Source: Pseudomonadota bacterium (GTDB taxonomy: Bacteria; Pseudomonadota; Gammaproteobacteria; Steroidobacterales; JBCBZW01). Taken from it: a DNA stretch of 64,000 nt. Shown one piece after another: positions 42,768-52,891 of the stretch (positions within the stretch are counted from its first letter, which is position 1; every line of letters begins with the position of its first letter). Location of the stretch: positions 2,404-66,403 of the forward strand of contig JBCBZW010000010.1 of the NCBI GenBank assembly GCA_039815145.1. Direction: 5' to 3'. The notes under the pieces were generated by a model. That model was not told where the DNA came from. It saw only the letters and a program-made list of their open reading frames with translations, and did no database searches. The position numbers were made by a program, and so were the translations under genes.

Positions 42768-43273
42768 CGCGGATGCCCCCCGGCTTGCTCGCGCACATGC
42801 GCCAGCAAGCCGTGGGCAGCGTCCTCCACCAGGTCGAGCACGCGCTCGAAGCCGAGCCCGTCGCCGTAGTAGGGGTCGGGCACCTCCACCACATCCGCAT
42901 TCGCGGCGAAGCGCAGGAACAGCCCCACCTCGGCGGTCCCATCGCTGGGCTCCATGGCCGTGAGGGCAGACAGGTTGTCCCGGTCCATGGCCAGGATCCA
43001 CGAATAGCGATAGAAGTCGTCCACGGCCACCTGACGAGCCCGTTGGGCGGAAAGGTCGTAGCCCCGGGCCAGGGCCGCGGCTTGCGAGCGCCGATCAGGC
43101 GGTTGGCCCACGTGGTAGGCGTGGGTGCCCGCGGAGTCCAGCTCGACCGCGAGGTCTGGTGCCTGCGCGTGCACCACGCTCTCGAACACTCCCTGCGCCG
43201 TAGGTGATCGGCAGATATTCCCCATGCAGACGAAGAGCACGGAGGCTGCCCGGTGTGTATCGGCCACGCTCAA
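42764..43273 (-). CDS. Low-molecular-weight protein-tyrosine phosphatase
   Basis: P-loop [17 protein letters not shown] and DPYYG Asp loop. 169 aa. Confidence 0.9.
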   Translation of the reverse strand: MSVADTHRAASVLFVCMGNICRSPTAQGVFESVVHAQAPDLAVELDSAGTHAYHVGQPPDRRSQAAALARGYDLSAQRARQVAVDDFYRYSWILAMDRDNLSALTAMEPSDGTAEVGLFLRFAANADVVEVPDPYYGDGLGFERVLDLVEDAAHGLLAHVREQAGGHPR

Positions 43274-43276
43274 CTC

Positions 43277-44020
43277 CTAGTTGCCAATGGCTTGGCGGGC
43301 GAGTTCCAAATCCTGTGCCGTATCGACGCCGCGAGGCGGCAACGCCTCGGCCACGGCCACGCGGATCCGCATCCCCAGCCAGAGGGCGCGCAGCTGCTCG
43401 AGGCGCTCGCGCTGCTCGAGTTCCGCGGGTGGCGTCTCGGCCAAACGCAATAGCGAACGCACCCGATAGGCGTACAACCCGATGTGACGCAGGGCCGCAG
43501 GCGTAGCCGGCGCGGGCGTGCCGTCTCGATCGAAGGGAATGGCGGCACGGGAGAAGTACAAGGCGTCCCCACGCTGATCGCAGACCACCTTCACCACGTC
43601 CGCACTGGCGAACTCCTGCGCATCAGCGATGGGCCATGCGAGGGTAGCGATATCGGCCTGCGCATCCTGACCCAGTACGGCGGCGCATTGGCCGATCACC
43701 GCCGGCGGGATCAGCGGCTCATCGCCCTGAACATTCACCACCACGGCGTCCTCGGGCCAGGCGCGCGTGCGCGCGACCTCGGCCACCCGATCGGTGCCGG
43801 ACTGATGCGTCGTGTCGGTCATCTGCACATCGCCGCCGGCATCGCGCACCGCCTCGGCGATGGCCGGGTGATCCGTCGCCACCAACACTTCGCTGGCCCC
43901 GCTCAGCTGAGCACGGCGCATCACGCGAACGACGAGGGGCTCACCGGCGATATCGAGGAGGGCCTTGCCCGGCAATCGCACGGAGGCGTGGCGCGCCGGA
44001 ATGACGATACGGAAGGTCAT
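43277..44020 (-). CDS. kdsB: 3-deoxy-manno-octulosonate cytidylyltransferase
   Basis: 247 aa from the ATG at 44020 (MTFRIVIPARHASVRLPGKAL). The ORF-track 69-aa N-terminal extension is Arg/Gly-rich junk and is rejected. Confidence 0.92.
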   Translation of the reverse strand: MTFRIVIPARHASVRLPGKALLDIAGEPLVVRVMRRAQLSGASEVLVATDHPAIAEAVRDAGGDVQMTDTTHQSGTDRVAEVARTRAWPEDAVVVNVQGDEPLIPPAVIGQCAAVLGQDAQADIATLAWPIADAQEFASADVVKVVCDQRGDALYFSRAAIPFDRDGTPAPATPAALRHIGLYAYRVRSLLRLAETPPAELEQRERLEQLRALWLGMRIRVAVAEALPPRGVDTAQDLELARQAIGN

Positions 44021-44070
44021 GGGCGGGGTGGAGTCAGGGCCACGCGAGGCACCTACCCTGAAAGTGCGAC

Positions 44071-44265
44071 TCAGGCGCCGGCCTGTCGATCCAGCTCTTC
44101 CAGGCTGAGCTTGCGCGCCTCTTCCTCCAGCATGACCGGAATACCGTCGTGGATGGGGAAGGCGAGGCGATCGGCGCGGCACACGAGCTCCTTCTGTCCG
44201 GGCCAATACTCGAGCTTTCCCTTGCATACCGGGCAGGCCACGATTTCCAGAAGCTTACGATCCAT
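44071..44265 (-). CDS. Trm112/YcaR (UPF0434) family small protein
   Basis: 64 aa with [14 protein letters not shown] ... [11 protein letters not shown]. Conserved position between lpxK and kdsB. Confidence 0.88.
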   Translation of the reverse strand: MDRKLLEIVACPVCKGKLEYWPGQKELVCRADRLAFPIHDGIPVMLEEEARKLSLEELDRQAGA

Positions 44266-45364
44266 TCAGGGCTCCTTGCGCGCACAGCGCCACAACCGAC
44301 GCGACGAGGGCCTTGCGGGCCTCCGGCGCCATCTGCACGTCCAAGCGCACCGCCCAGCAGCGCGCGTCCGCGAAAGACCGGCATTTTACCGCATCCTTCT
44401 CCGTCATCAGCACCGGTATCTCGTCGTCGAAGGCGATGGTCTTCGCATCCAGTAGCGCGTGGTCCGCCAGGGGGTGCTCGATGATCTCCAGCCCCGACCG
44501 TCGGAGCAGGGCGAAGAACCTCGCCGGGTCGGCGATGCCGGCGACGGCATGCACGGGTGCACCCGCAAAGCGCGAGAGCGCGCACTCATGGTCCGGGGAA
44601 GCGATGGCGTAAGCCGTGGTCAATGACACCGCGGCCCGCAGTGGCGTCGGCGCCCCCGGCGGCAGTGCGCCGGCAACGCTATCCGCTGCCCGAGAAGGCG
44701 AGGCCGCTCCCGTGAGGACGAGCGCATCGACATCGCGCAGGCGCGACGGTGGTTCGCGAAGTGGACCGCAAGGAAGGAGGCGTCCGTTGCCCACGCCCCT
44801 TTGTAAATCCAGGAGTACGATCTCGAGATCCCTCGCCAGGCGCAGGTGCTGGAGTCCGTCGTCCGCGAGCAGTACATCCACCTCCTCCGCCAACGCGCGC
44901 GCCGCCGCCACCCGATTACGGCCAGCCATGACCGCTGACCCGCTCAGCGTCGCCAGCAAGACAGGCTCGTCGCCCACCTCGTGCGCATCACTCGACGCGT
45001 CGACTCGCACGGGCGTCACCCCATCTTCCCGTTGCGCTCCATAGCCGCGGGTCACGATGCCAACCCGCAGCCCGGCATCCTCGGCCAAGCAACGCGCGAG
45101 ATAGCACGTGAACGGGGTCTTGCCCGTGCCGCCCACCGTGAGGTTGCCGATCACCACCACCGGCACGCCCACCCGTTGCGCGCATAGCGATCCGTTCCGA
45201 TAGGCGCGATAGCGGGCGGCGACGATGGCGCGGAACAGCCACTCGAGCGGCGTGGTGAGCAGGCGGTAAGCGCCGGCGAGCACGCGGCGAGCCGGTGTTG
45301 CCTGATCGCTGGGGTACCAGACCCGGTTCAGGGCGGACTCGACCCTCACCCGCAGGCCGCTCAC
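44255..45364 (-). CDS. lpxK: Tetraacyldisaccharide 4'-kinase
   Basis: Walker [13 protein letters not shown]. Conserved msbA-lpxK order. Overlaps the msbA stop (ATGA). Confidence 0.92.
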   Translation of the reverse strand: MSGLRVRVESALNRVWYPSDQATPARRVLAGAYRLLTTPLEWLFRAIVAARYRAYRNGSLCAQRVGVPVVVIGNLTVGGTGKTPFTCYLARCLAEDAGLRVGIVTRGYGAQREDGVTPVRVDASSDAHEVGDEPVLLATLSGSAVMAGRNRVAAARALAEEVDVLLADDGLQHLRLARDLEIVLLDLQRGVGNGRLLPCGPLREPPSRLRDVDALVLTGAASPSRAADSVAGALPPGAPTPLRAAVSLTTAYAIASPDHECALSRFAGAPVHAVAGIADPARFFALLRRSGLEIIEHPLADHALLDAKTIAFDDEIPVLMTEKDAVKCRSFADARCWAVRLDVQMAPEARKALVASVVALCAQGALNGS

Positions 45365-47166
45365 GACGTGGACGGGCTGACCGTCGTCTTCACCGCGCCG
45401 CCCGCCGACGCGGTGAGCTCACTCTGACTGCGTTGCAGTTGGTGCAAGCTCGCGTAGTGGCCATTCTGTGCCAGCAGGGAGGAATGCGTGCCCTGCTCCA
45501 CCACCATGCCCTCGTGTAGCACGACGATGCGGTCCGCATTCTCGATCGTGGACAAGCGGTGGGCGATCACGAGGGTGGTGCGACCACGCACGAGGGTATC
45601 CAAGGCGGCCCGGATATGGTGCTCGCTCTGTGTGTCGAGGGCCGAAGTCGCCTCGTCGAGAATCAGGATGGGCGCCCCCTTGAGCAGGGCACGAGCGATC
45701 GAAATACGCTGCCGCTGCCCCCCGGAGAGCAGCACGCCACGATCCCCGACCATGGTCTGCAAGCCCTCCGGCAGCGCCTGCGCGAACTCACTCACATGGG
45801 CCGCTCGGGCGACGGCGTCGAGTTCCTGTGGCGACACGCTGCGCGGCGCACCGTAGGCGATGTTGGCGGCAATCGTATCGTTGAAGAGGGTGACATCCTG
45901 GCTGACCAGGGCGATCTGATCGCGCAGGCTGTCGAGGGCGTAGTCCCCGAGCGCGTGCCCGTCGAGGGTGATGCGCCCCTCGCTCACGTCGTAGAAGCGC
46001 GGCAGGAGACTCACCAGCGACGTCTTGCCGGCGCCGGACCGACCGACGAAGGCGACGGTCTCACCTGCCTCGATCTGCAGGTTGATGTCGCGCAGAACGT
46101 AGCCCTTGCTCGGGTCGTACGCGAAGCCCACGCCCTCAAGGCTCACCTCTCCCCTCGCCCGCTCGACGCGCAGGTCACCGCCCTCCCCCTCCAGCGGTGA
46201 GTCGAGGAGGGAGAAGATGTTCTCGCCTGCGGCGATACCCTGCTGCAGGTTGGCGTTGAGGCTGGTGAGACGTTTGAGCGGCGCCATCATCAGGGTCATG
46301 GCGCCGAGAAAGGCAGCGAAGCTGCCCGCGGTGATGTCCATCGTCTCCAGGGTCGCCACGAAGATGATGCTGGCCACACCGATCGCCGCCAGCATCATGA
46401 TGACGGCATCGCTCGCCCCCTGGGCCACCACCAGGCGCATGTGCAGCTTGCGGTTCAAATGGCTGGCTCGGGCAAACCGCTCCGCCTCACGCGCTTGGCT
46501 ATTGAATATCTTGATCACCCGATGCGCGGAGATCACCTCTTCGGCCACCCGCGTGACGCTCCCCATCGACTCCTGAATGCGCTTGTTGTAGCGGCGGAAG
46601 CGTTTCCCCACCCACACGATGACGAGCCCGATCAGCGGCGCCACCACGGCGATGAACAAGGTGAGCAACGCGCTCAGGTACAGCATCAGGGCGAACAGGC
46701 CCACGATGGTCAGCGTGTCGCGCACGAGCACCGCCAAGGTCTTGGTGGCCGAGTGAGCCACCTGTTCGATGTTGTAGGTCAAGCGCGACAGCAGCTCGCC
46801 AGCAGAGCTGCGGTCGTACCCGCCGCAGGACATCCGCAGGTAGTGCCCGAGCACCTCCTCTCGAAGGCGCGTAATCACCTGGCGGGAGACCCAGTTCATG
46901 CAGTACTCGCCGACGAAGCCTGCCACCCCGCGCAGGGCGAAGAGGCCGAGCACGGCCGCGGGAATCAGGGCGACGACGCTGCCATCGCGCTCGGCGAAGC
47001 TGCCGTCGAGCAGGGGCTTGATCAGGAAGGCAAAGCCGCTGTCCGTGCCCGCGTAGAGCAGGTTGGCGAAGACCGCAGCGATGAGCACGCCCCGATGCGC
47101 CAGCGCGTAGGCGAGCAGGCGTCGGTACACACTGGCCGTGGACGGCGCGGATGTGCTCACTGACAC
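45361..47166 (-). CDS. msbA: Lipid A export ABC transporter MsbA
   Basis: 601 aa. 6-TM exporter domain plus NBD with GRSGAGKTS, LSGGQRQR and ILILDEATSALD. Confidence 0.93.
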   Translation of the reverse strand: MSVSTSAPSTASVYRRLLAYALAHRGVLIAAVFANLLYAGTDSGFAFLIKPLLDGSFAERDGSVVALIPAAVLGLFALRGVAGFVGEYCMNWVSRQVITRLREEVLGHYLRMSCGGYDRSSAGELLSRLTYNIEQVAHSATKTLAVLVRDTLTIVGLFALMLYLSALLTLFIAVVAPLIGLVIVWVGKRFRRYNKRIQESMGSVTRVAEEVISAHRVIKIFNSQAREAERFARASHLNRKLHMRLVVAQGASDAVIMMLAAIGVASIIFVATLETMDITAGSFAAFLGAMTLMMAPLKRLTSLNANLQQGIAAGENIFSLLDSPLEGEGGDLRVERARGEVSLEGVGFAYDPSKGYVLRDINLQIEAGETVAFVGRSGAGKTSLVSLLPRFYDVSEGRITLDGHALGDYALDSLRDQIALVSQDVTLFNDTIAANIAYGAPRSVSPQELDAVARAAHVSEFAQALPEGLQTMVGDRGVLLSGGQRQRISIARALLKGAPILILDEATSALDTQSEHHIRAALDTLVRGRTTLVIAHRLSTIENADRIVVLHEGMVVEQGTHSSLLAQNGHYASLHQLQRSQSELTASAGGAVKTTVSPSTS

Positions 47167-47211
47167 GGCGGGCTCACTCGCGGGGGCTCACTGGCGGGCG
47201 CCGCTCAAGCC

Positions 47212-47658
47212 TCAGGGGCTGGGGCTGGGACTGCCGCCGCTCGAGACCGTGGCGATGTCCACGCGCGTAAGGCCGATGCGCGCCGCCACGTCCATCGCGG
47301 TCACTACAGCTTGGTGGGTGGCGTTGGCGTCGGCCCTGACCACCAACGGGATACGACTCGGATCGTTGAGATCCTCACCGAGTTCGCGCTCCAGGGCGCG
47401 GCGCAAGGTGCGCGGCTGATCGTTCACGAGGGCCTTACCATTGACGAAGTAGCCCCCGGCCGCAGACACCGCCACTTCGATGGACCTCGGCTCTGGCGTC
47501 GCCTCGTCGAGAGACGCCTCGGGCAGCTGGATGCTGAGTTCTGTCTCCTGGATGAAGCTGGTGGAGACCATGAAGAAGATCAGCAGCAACAGCACGACGT
47601 CGATCAGGGAAGTGAGATTGACGTCCGGCTCTTCGTTGCCGCGAGCGCTGAGCTTCAC
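47212..47658 (-). CDS. exbD: ExbD/TolR family biopolymer transport protein
   Basis: 148 aa. The N-terminal segment EPDVNLTSLIDVVLLLLIFFMV is typical of ExbD/TolR. Confidence 0.9.
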   Translation of the reverse strand: MKLSARGNEEPDVNLTSLIDVVLLLLIFFMVSTSFIQETELSIQLPEASLDEATPEPRSIEVAVSAAGGYFVNGKALVNDQPRTLRRALERELGEDLNDPSRIPLVVRADANATHQAVVTAMDVAARIGLTRVDIATVSSGGSPSPSP

Positions 47659-48413
47659 GAGTTCGCTCGCCGCCGTGAGGAACGCGCGTCCGGCGCCGGC
47701 GCCCCCTTACCGGCCCGGCCCCCGGCCGCCTGCTCGCGGCGCTCGCCTCGCCCACCAGCGGCTGCTCGGGCCGCCTTGCCGGGCTCTGCGGCCGGCTGGG
47801 CCGAGGTGCCATCACCGCGCACGAGCGCATCGACCAGGGTGATCGCCTCCTGCTCCATCTCGAGCACCAACGTGTCCACCCGACGGCGCAGGTAGCGATA
47901 GGCGACGAGGGCAGGAATCGCAATGGAGAGCCCAGCCGCGGTGGTGATCAACGCCTCGGAGATACCACCAGCCAATACCTCGGGATTGCCCACCCCCTGA
48001 AGGGTGATGGCGGCGAACACCTTGACCATGCCGACGACCGTACCGAGGAGACCGAGGAGCGGTGAGATAGCGGCAATCGTACCGAGGGTGTTCAGGAACC
48101 GCTCGAGGTCGTGAATCACCTGGCGACCCGTATCCTCGATGCTCTCCTTGATCAGCTCGCGATTGGCGTTACGCCGCGCGACGCCAGCGGCGAGGATGCG
48201 GCCGAGCGGTGAGTTCTCCTGCAGGGCTCGCACGTGGCGATCGTCGAGCTGTTGCTTTTCCACCCACACGGCAACCTTGGCCGACAGGTCGGCGGGCAAG
48301 ACCCGCTTGCGCTGTAACGCCCACAGGCGTTCGACGGTAATGGCGGCCGCCACTACCGAACACATGATCAACGGCAACATCAGCCAGCCGCCGGCGCTCA
48401 CGATTTCGAACAT
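47655..48413 (-). CDS. exbB: MotA/TolQ/ExbB proton-channel protein
   Basis: Three TM helices and the conserved block ISPLLGLLGTVVGMV ... GISEALITTAAGL. ~55-aa Ala/Gly/Arg-rich C-terminal tail. ATGA overlap with exbD. Confidence 0.9.
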   Translation of the reverse strand: MFEIVSAGGWLMLPLIMCSVVAAAITVERLWALQRKRVLPADLSAKVAVWVEKQQLDDRHVRALQENSPLGRILAAGVARRNANRELIKESIEDTGRQVIHDLERFLNTLGTIAAISPLLGLLGTVVGMVKVFAAITLQGVGNPEVLAGGISEALITTAAGLSIAIPALVAYRYLRRRVDTLVLEMEQEAITLVDALVRGDGTSAQPAAEPGKAARAAAGGRGERREQAAGGRAGKGAPAPDARSSRRRANS

Positions 48414-48488
48414 GGTGGGATTGCTGCTCCAGACCGCGAAACAGGCGCAGATGATACGTGATCCGCGCCATCGCTGCCTTCGACGCTG

Positions 48489-50813
48489 CTAGGGGACTGA
48501 CCAGTATCGCCGCCCTCGGCGCCGTTCATGGGTCACCGCGGAGACCTCGCCAGGACGCAGGGTCACTGTCAACGCGCCGTCACTCCCCGTCACGTGCGTG
48601 GCGGCGCCCGCGTCTCTCCAACGCGCCAGCACCGCGGGGTGGGGAAAGTTCCAACGATTACTGAAGCCGCAGGCGAACAGCACGTGCTGTGGCGTCGTCG
48701 CCGCCACGAACGCGGGTGTCGATGAACTGGCACTCCCGTGGTGCGGGGCGACTACCACGTCCGCCTTCAAGGGCGTCCTCTCCCGCTGCACCAGGTGCGC
48801 CTCCGCACGATGTTGGATATCCCCGGTGAGCAGGACACTGCGCAACTGCGCGCCCTGCCCAACGGAAACGCGCAACACACAGGAACCATCGTTCCCCTTC
48901 CAACGCGAGGACGAGGGATGCAGCACGGCGAAGTGCACGTCATCCCACTCCCACCGTTGCCCGGCGCGGCACGCGGGCCAAGGCGAGGACCCGCCACCCG
49001 CCAGCACCGCCGTGTCAGCGTAGCCGCGCAACACAGCATCTAGGCCGCCTGCGTGATCACTATCGCCATGGGAGATGACCACCCGATCCAGTGACCGAAC
49101 CCCGAGGCTCGCGAGGTAAGGCATCACCACTGCACCCCCGGCACTACCACCCCCGTAATAGGCGGGGCCCGCGTCGTACAGCATCACGTGATTGCGCGTC
49201 TGCACCACGCTCGCCAGCCCCTGGCCGACGTCCAGGAGCGTGACGCGCACGGCACCCGGCGGCAGATCGACCCCGCGTCCCTCGCTCACGACCAGGAGCG
49301 ATGCGAGCAACGGAATTCCCAGCCCGGCGCCGACCCACCGCCCTGGCAGGCCTCTGGCGAATAGCAGCAGTACGCCCACCTGTGCCGTCAGTAGCATCCA
49401 CGGGGATGGACCGTACGGGAATGACAGTCGAGCGCCAGGCCAGCCACCTGCCCATTCCAACGCCTCGAGCACCGCCAGCAAGCTCTTGCCAGCAACCCAC
49501 AGGGGCGCTGCTGCCAACGCCGGCGCCACCGCTGCCAGCAGCACGCCCAGTAGGCTAAGCGGTACGATAAGTACCCCGAAGAGCGGCACGACGAGCAGAT
49601 TGGCGAGGGGTGCAACGATACTCACCTGGCCAAACACCCAGAGACCGATCGGCACCAGCCCCAGACCCAGGCGAAGCTGGGCCAACGCCCACCAGGGCGC
49701 CGCCGGGGCACGCACGCGCCCGATCAGCAGGCATGACACGGCGAGGAAGGACAACCAGAAGCCTTCGTCCAAGGGCGCGAAGGGGTCGAGCAACAGCACA
49801 CCGACTAACGCCAACCCGAGCGCGCTGGCCGCGCCTACCGATCGCCTCAGCAGCCGCGCCCCCACCACGACCACCGCCAAGGCCAACAGCGCTCGCTGCG
49901 TGGGCACCGTAAACCCCGCGAGCACCGCGTAGGCGCCCGCCGCGCCAAGGGCCAACGCCGAGGGCCAACGCGAGGGCGCAGGTCGCCTACGCAAGGCGCC
50001 AGCTGCCTTCCCCAGGGCGAGACAGAGGGCACCGAGCAAGCCGATGTGCAGGCCGGAAATAGCGAATAGGTGCCCCGTCCCCGTTGCCGTCAGGGCGTCG
50101 CGGACCGACGGCGAGAAGGGTTTCCCCAATCCCAGGGTGAGCGCCGCGAGCAGTGGGTAGGCATCGGCCACCGAGGACGGCAGCGCCGCGCGCATACGTT
50201 GCGCCAGGGCACGCCGAGCACGCGCGATCGGGGCCCGACCGCGATGGCCTTCGATACACCGGGGCTCGAACTCCGCGCGTACCCAAGCGCGCCCATCCAC
50301 ATGCGCACGAAACCACCGGCGCTCGCGCGACGGCAGACCGGGATTGGCCGCCGCCCGCGGCAGAGCGAGGCGCAGCACGAGTTCCCAACGATGGTCGGGG
50401 CGCAGCGGCTGACACGTGTCCTCGCCGTACCACCGCACCTGCAAACGCAGACGCTGTTCGCGCCCGTTAAGCGTGCGTGTCTCGAGCAGGAACTCGCAGC
50501 GATCCGCCCGCTGGCGCGGCACGTCGACGACGTGACCCTGCACCCGCACGCTCATGCCATGCTGGCCGAGCGGCAGGCGCCCCTCCAACCGCACGCTGGC
50601 GGAGAGGAAGGCGTAGCCGGCGATCATCAGGGTCACGGTCAGCACACCCACGACGCCGCGCCACCCCCGAAGGCACCGCCCCATCGCGAGCATCATCACA
50701 GTGACGACTACCCCAACGCCCCCCGCTGACACGGGCGCCAAAGCAGGTAGCTCGGGCAACCGGTGCACCAGGCAAACGGCGAGCAGGACAAGGCAGGCAA
50801 GCCACGCGGGCAC
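48489..50813 (-). CDS. comEC: DNA internalisation competence protein ComEC/Rec2
   Basis: 774 aa. Polytopic competence domain plus a C-terminal metallo-beta-lactamase domain (ISHGDSDHAGG). Confidence 0.9.
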   Translation of the reverse strand: MPAWLACLVLLAVCLVHRLPELPALAPVSAGGVGVVVTVMMLAMGRCLRGWRGVVGVLTVTLMIAGYAFLSASVRLEGRLPLGQHGMSVRVQGHVVDVPRQRADRCEFLLETRTLNGREQRLRLQVRWYGEDTCQPLRPDHRWELVLRLALPRAAANPGLPSRERRWFRAHVDGRAWVRAEFEPRCIEGHRGRAPIARARRALAQRMRAALPSSVADAYPLLAALTLGLGKPFSPSVRDALTATGTGHLFAISGLHIGLLGALCLALGKAAGALRRRPAPSRWPSALALGAAGAYAVLAGFTVPTQRALLALAVVVVGARLLRRSVGAASALGLALVGVLLLDPFAPLDEGFWLSFLAVSCLLIGRVRAPAAPWWALAQLRLGLGLVPIGLWVFGQVSIVAPLANLLVVPLFGVLIVPLSLLGVLLAAVAPALAAAPLWVAGKSLLAVLEALEWAGGWPGARLSFPYGPSPWMLLTAQVGVLLLFARGLPGRWVGAGLGIPLLASLLVVSEGRGVDLPPGAVRVTLLDVGQGLASVVQTRNHVMLYDAGPAYYGGGSAGGAVVMPYLASLGVRSLDRVVISHGDSDHAGGLDAVLRGYADTAVLAGGGSSPWPACRAGQRWEWDDVHFAVLHPSSSRWKGNDGSCVLRVSVGQGAQLRSVLLTGDIQHRAEAHLVQRERTPLKADVVVAPHHGSASSSTPAFVAATTPQHVLFACGFSNRWNFPHPAVLARWRDAGAATHVTGSDGALTVTLRPGEVSAVTHERRRGRRYWSVP

Positions 50814-50933
50814 GCGTCGATCCTTCGGGCGCGCGAGGATAGTCGCTCTACGAGCCGCTACCCTCGCCGGGACCTCAGGATCGCTCCAGCGGGACCGCGG
50901 GCGGTATCGCCTATCGCTGGGTTTACGCCGTTT

Positions 50934-51641
50934 TCACGGCTTTTCTTCGTGCAGACCGGCCTCGTCGAGACGGCACACGCGATCCATGGCAGCGGCGAGC
51001 TCCGGATCGTGGGTCACCACCACCAGGCTCGCCCCCGTGTCCTCATTCAGCTTGAGCATCTGCTCGAAGACCTGGCGCCCGGTCGGACGGTCCAGGTTAC
51101 CGGTGGGTTCATCGGCCAACACCACCACCGGCGAGGTCACCAGGGCACGGGCGACGGCCGCCCGCTGGCGCTCGCCCCCGGAGAGCTCCGAGGGGCGATG
51201 GCGCAAGCGCGCGCCGAGGCCCACCCGTTCCAACAGGTCCTGCGCCTTGACCAGGGCGTCGGACGGCCGCTCGCGACGAATGAGCAGTGGCATCGCCACG
51301 TTCTCCAACGCGGTGAACTCAGGCAATAGGTGGTGAAACTGGTACACGAACCCCACGTGGGCGTTACGCCACCGGCCGCGCGCTGCCTCGCCCATGCGGG
51401 CAACGTCTTCGCCGTTGATCAGCACGCGCCCGTGCGTCGGCGTATCCAGGCCACCGAGAAGCTGCAGCAAGGTGGTCTTGCCGGAACCCGAGGCGCCGAT
51501 GATGGCCAGGCGCTCCCCACGGCTCACGTGCAGGTCGATCCCCTTCAGGACCTCCACCTGATGCTCGCCATCGCCAAAGCTTCGCACGAGGCCCTCGCAG
51601 GCGAGTGATGTGGCAGCGGTGGAAGAGGTATCAGCTTTCAT
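50934..51641 (-). CDS. lolD: Lipoprotein-releasing system ATP-binding protein LolD
   Basis: 235 aa from the ATG at 51641. [29 protein letters not shown]. Overlaps the upstream permease gene by 11 nt. Confidence 0.9.
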   Translation of the reverse strand: MKADTSSTAATSLACEGLVRSFGDGEHQVEVLKGIDLHVSRGERLAIIGASGSGKTTLLQLLGGLDTPTHGRVLINGEDVARMGEAARGRWRNAHVGFVYQFHHLLPEFTALENVAMPLLIRRERPSDALVKAQDLLERVGLGARLRHRPSELSGGERQRAAVARALVTSPVVVLADEPTGNLDRPTGRQVFEQMLKLNEDTGASLVVVTHDPELAAAMDRVCRLDEAGLHEEKP

Positions 51642-52887
51642 GGCGTAGGGTCTCCGCCGGCGCGGTGGTCGAAGCGCGCCAGGCTGGATACAGGGTCGAG
51701 AGCAGGGACAGGGCCAGGGCCGTGCCACAGATGAGCGTCAGGTCCGAGAGGCGCAGGTCCGCCGGCAGATCGTCGATGTAGTAGATACTCGCATCGATCA
51801 GCGACCCCCCGGTGAACGCCTCCGCCCAGGTCACCAACTGATCGAGGTTCAGGGTCACCAGGGCGCCGGCGGCCAGGCCGACCAGGGTGCCGACGATGCC
51901 AATCGTACCGCCTTGGATGATGAATACCCCCAGCATGCTCGCGGGCGAGGCCCCGTTGGTGCGCAGGATGGCGATGTCGCCTCGCTTCTCGTTCACCACC
52001 ATGATCAGGGTGGACACGATGTTGAAGGCCGCCACCGCCACCACCAGCAGCAGAATGATGAACATGACGCTCTTGGTGAGGGCGATCGCACGGAAGAAGT
52101 TGGCGTGCTCACGGGTCCAATCGCGCACGTAGAAGATCTCACCCACCTCCAGGGCGATATCGCGCACGGCGCGCGGTGCATCGAAGAGGTCGTGAAACTT
52201 CAGGCGCACGCCCGTGATGCGATCGCCCAGGCGATAGAGCGCCTGAGCGTCCCGCAGGAGCACGAACGCGAGGCGACGATCGTACTCGTGCATACCCGCC
52301 TCGAAGATGCCCGCCACCTCGAAGCGACGCTGGCGCGGCAACACGCCAGCGGGCGTGACGTTGGCCTCGGGGATCAGCAGCGTGACCCGATCGCCGATGT
52401 CCACCGCCAGCGATTGCGCCAGCGCTCGGCCGATGAGAATGCGAAAGCGTGCTTCGTCCAGGGCTGCGAGGGACCCTTCCTGCAGATGCATTTCCAAGGA
52501 CGCTACCTGCGACTCCCGCACCGGCACGACGCCGCGCACCTGCACCCCACTGGTCAGACCCTCATCGCTGACCAGCAGCCCCTGGCCGTCGATAAAGGGC
52601 GCGGTCGCCGCCACCCGGGCATCACGCCTGGCGACCGCCTCCACCGCCGACCAATCCTCGATCGGTCCGCCGTAGCCCATCACCGCGCCGTGGGAGGTGA
52701 CCTCGAGAATGCGCTCGCGAAGCTCGCGTTCGAAGCCGTTCATTACCGAGAGCACGACGATCAACACGAAGACGCCGGTGGCGATGCCGGCCATCGACAC
52801 CAGGGAGATGAAGGACAGAAAGCCGGGCCCGCGTCCGCTGCGCACGTAGCGCCACCCGATGGCCAACTCGTAGGGGCTCAGCAACAT
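51631..52887 (-). CDS. lolE: Lipoprotein-releasing system permease (LolE/LolC family, FtsX-type)
   Basis: 418 aa from the ATG at 52887 ([16 protein letters not shown]). MacB-like periplasmic domain between TM1 and TM2, and a C-terminal FtsX 3-TM bundle. The LolC versus LolE assignment of the two paralogues is tentative. Confidence 0.8.
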   Translation of the reverse strand: MLLSPYELAIGWRYVRSGRGPGFLSFISLVSMAGIATGVFVLIVVLSVMNGFERELRERILEVTSHGAVMGYGGPIEDWSAVEAVARRDARVAATAPFIDGQGLLVSDEGLTSGVQVRGVVPVRESQVASLEMHLQEGSLAALDEARFRILIGRALAQSLAVDIGDRVTLLIPEANVTPAGVLPRQRRFEVAGIFEAGMHEYDRRLAFVLLRDAQALYRLGDRITGVRLKFHDLFDAPRAVRDIALEVGEIFYVRDWTREHANFFRAIALTKSVMFIILLLVVAVAAFNIVSTLIMVVNEKRGDIAILRTNGASPASMLGVFIIQGGTIGIVGTLVGLAAGALVTLNLDQLVTWAEAFTGGSLIDASIYYIDDLPADLRLSDLTLICGTALALSLLSTLYPAWRASTTAPAETLRHES

Positions 52888-52891
52888 CGGG

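Noticed and set aside
43277-44227. Longer ORF-track versions of several genes:
- kdsB, 316 aa
- lexA, 381 aa (32344-33489)
- lolD, 264 aa
- the two Lol permeases, 447 and 478 aa
- the L,D-transpeptidase, 255 aa
- yceD, 204 aa
- the 216-aa version of the 3539 gene
   Set aside because: The extensions are Arg/Pro/Gly-rich, overlap neighbouring genes or promoters, and precede an internal ATG that begins the conserved family N-terminus. I used the shorter starts.
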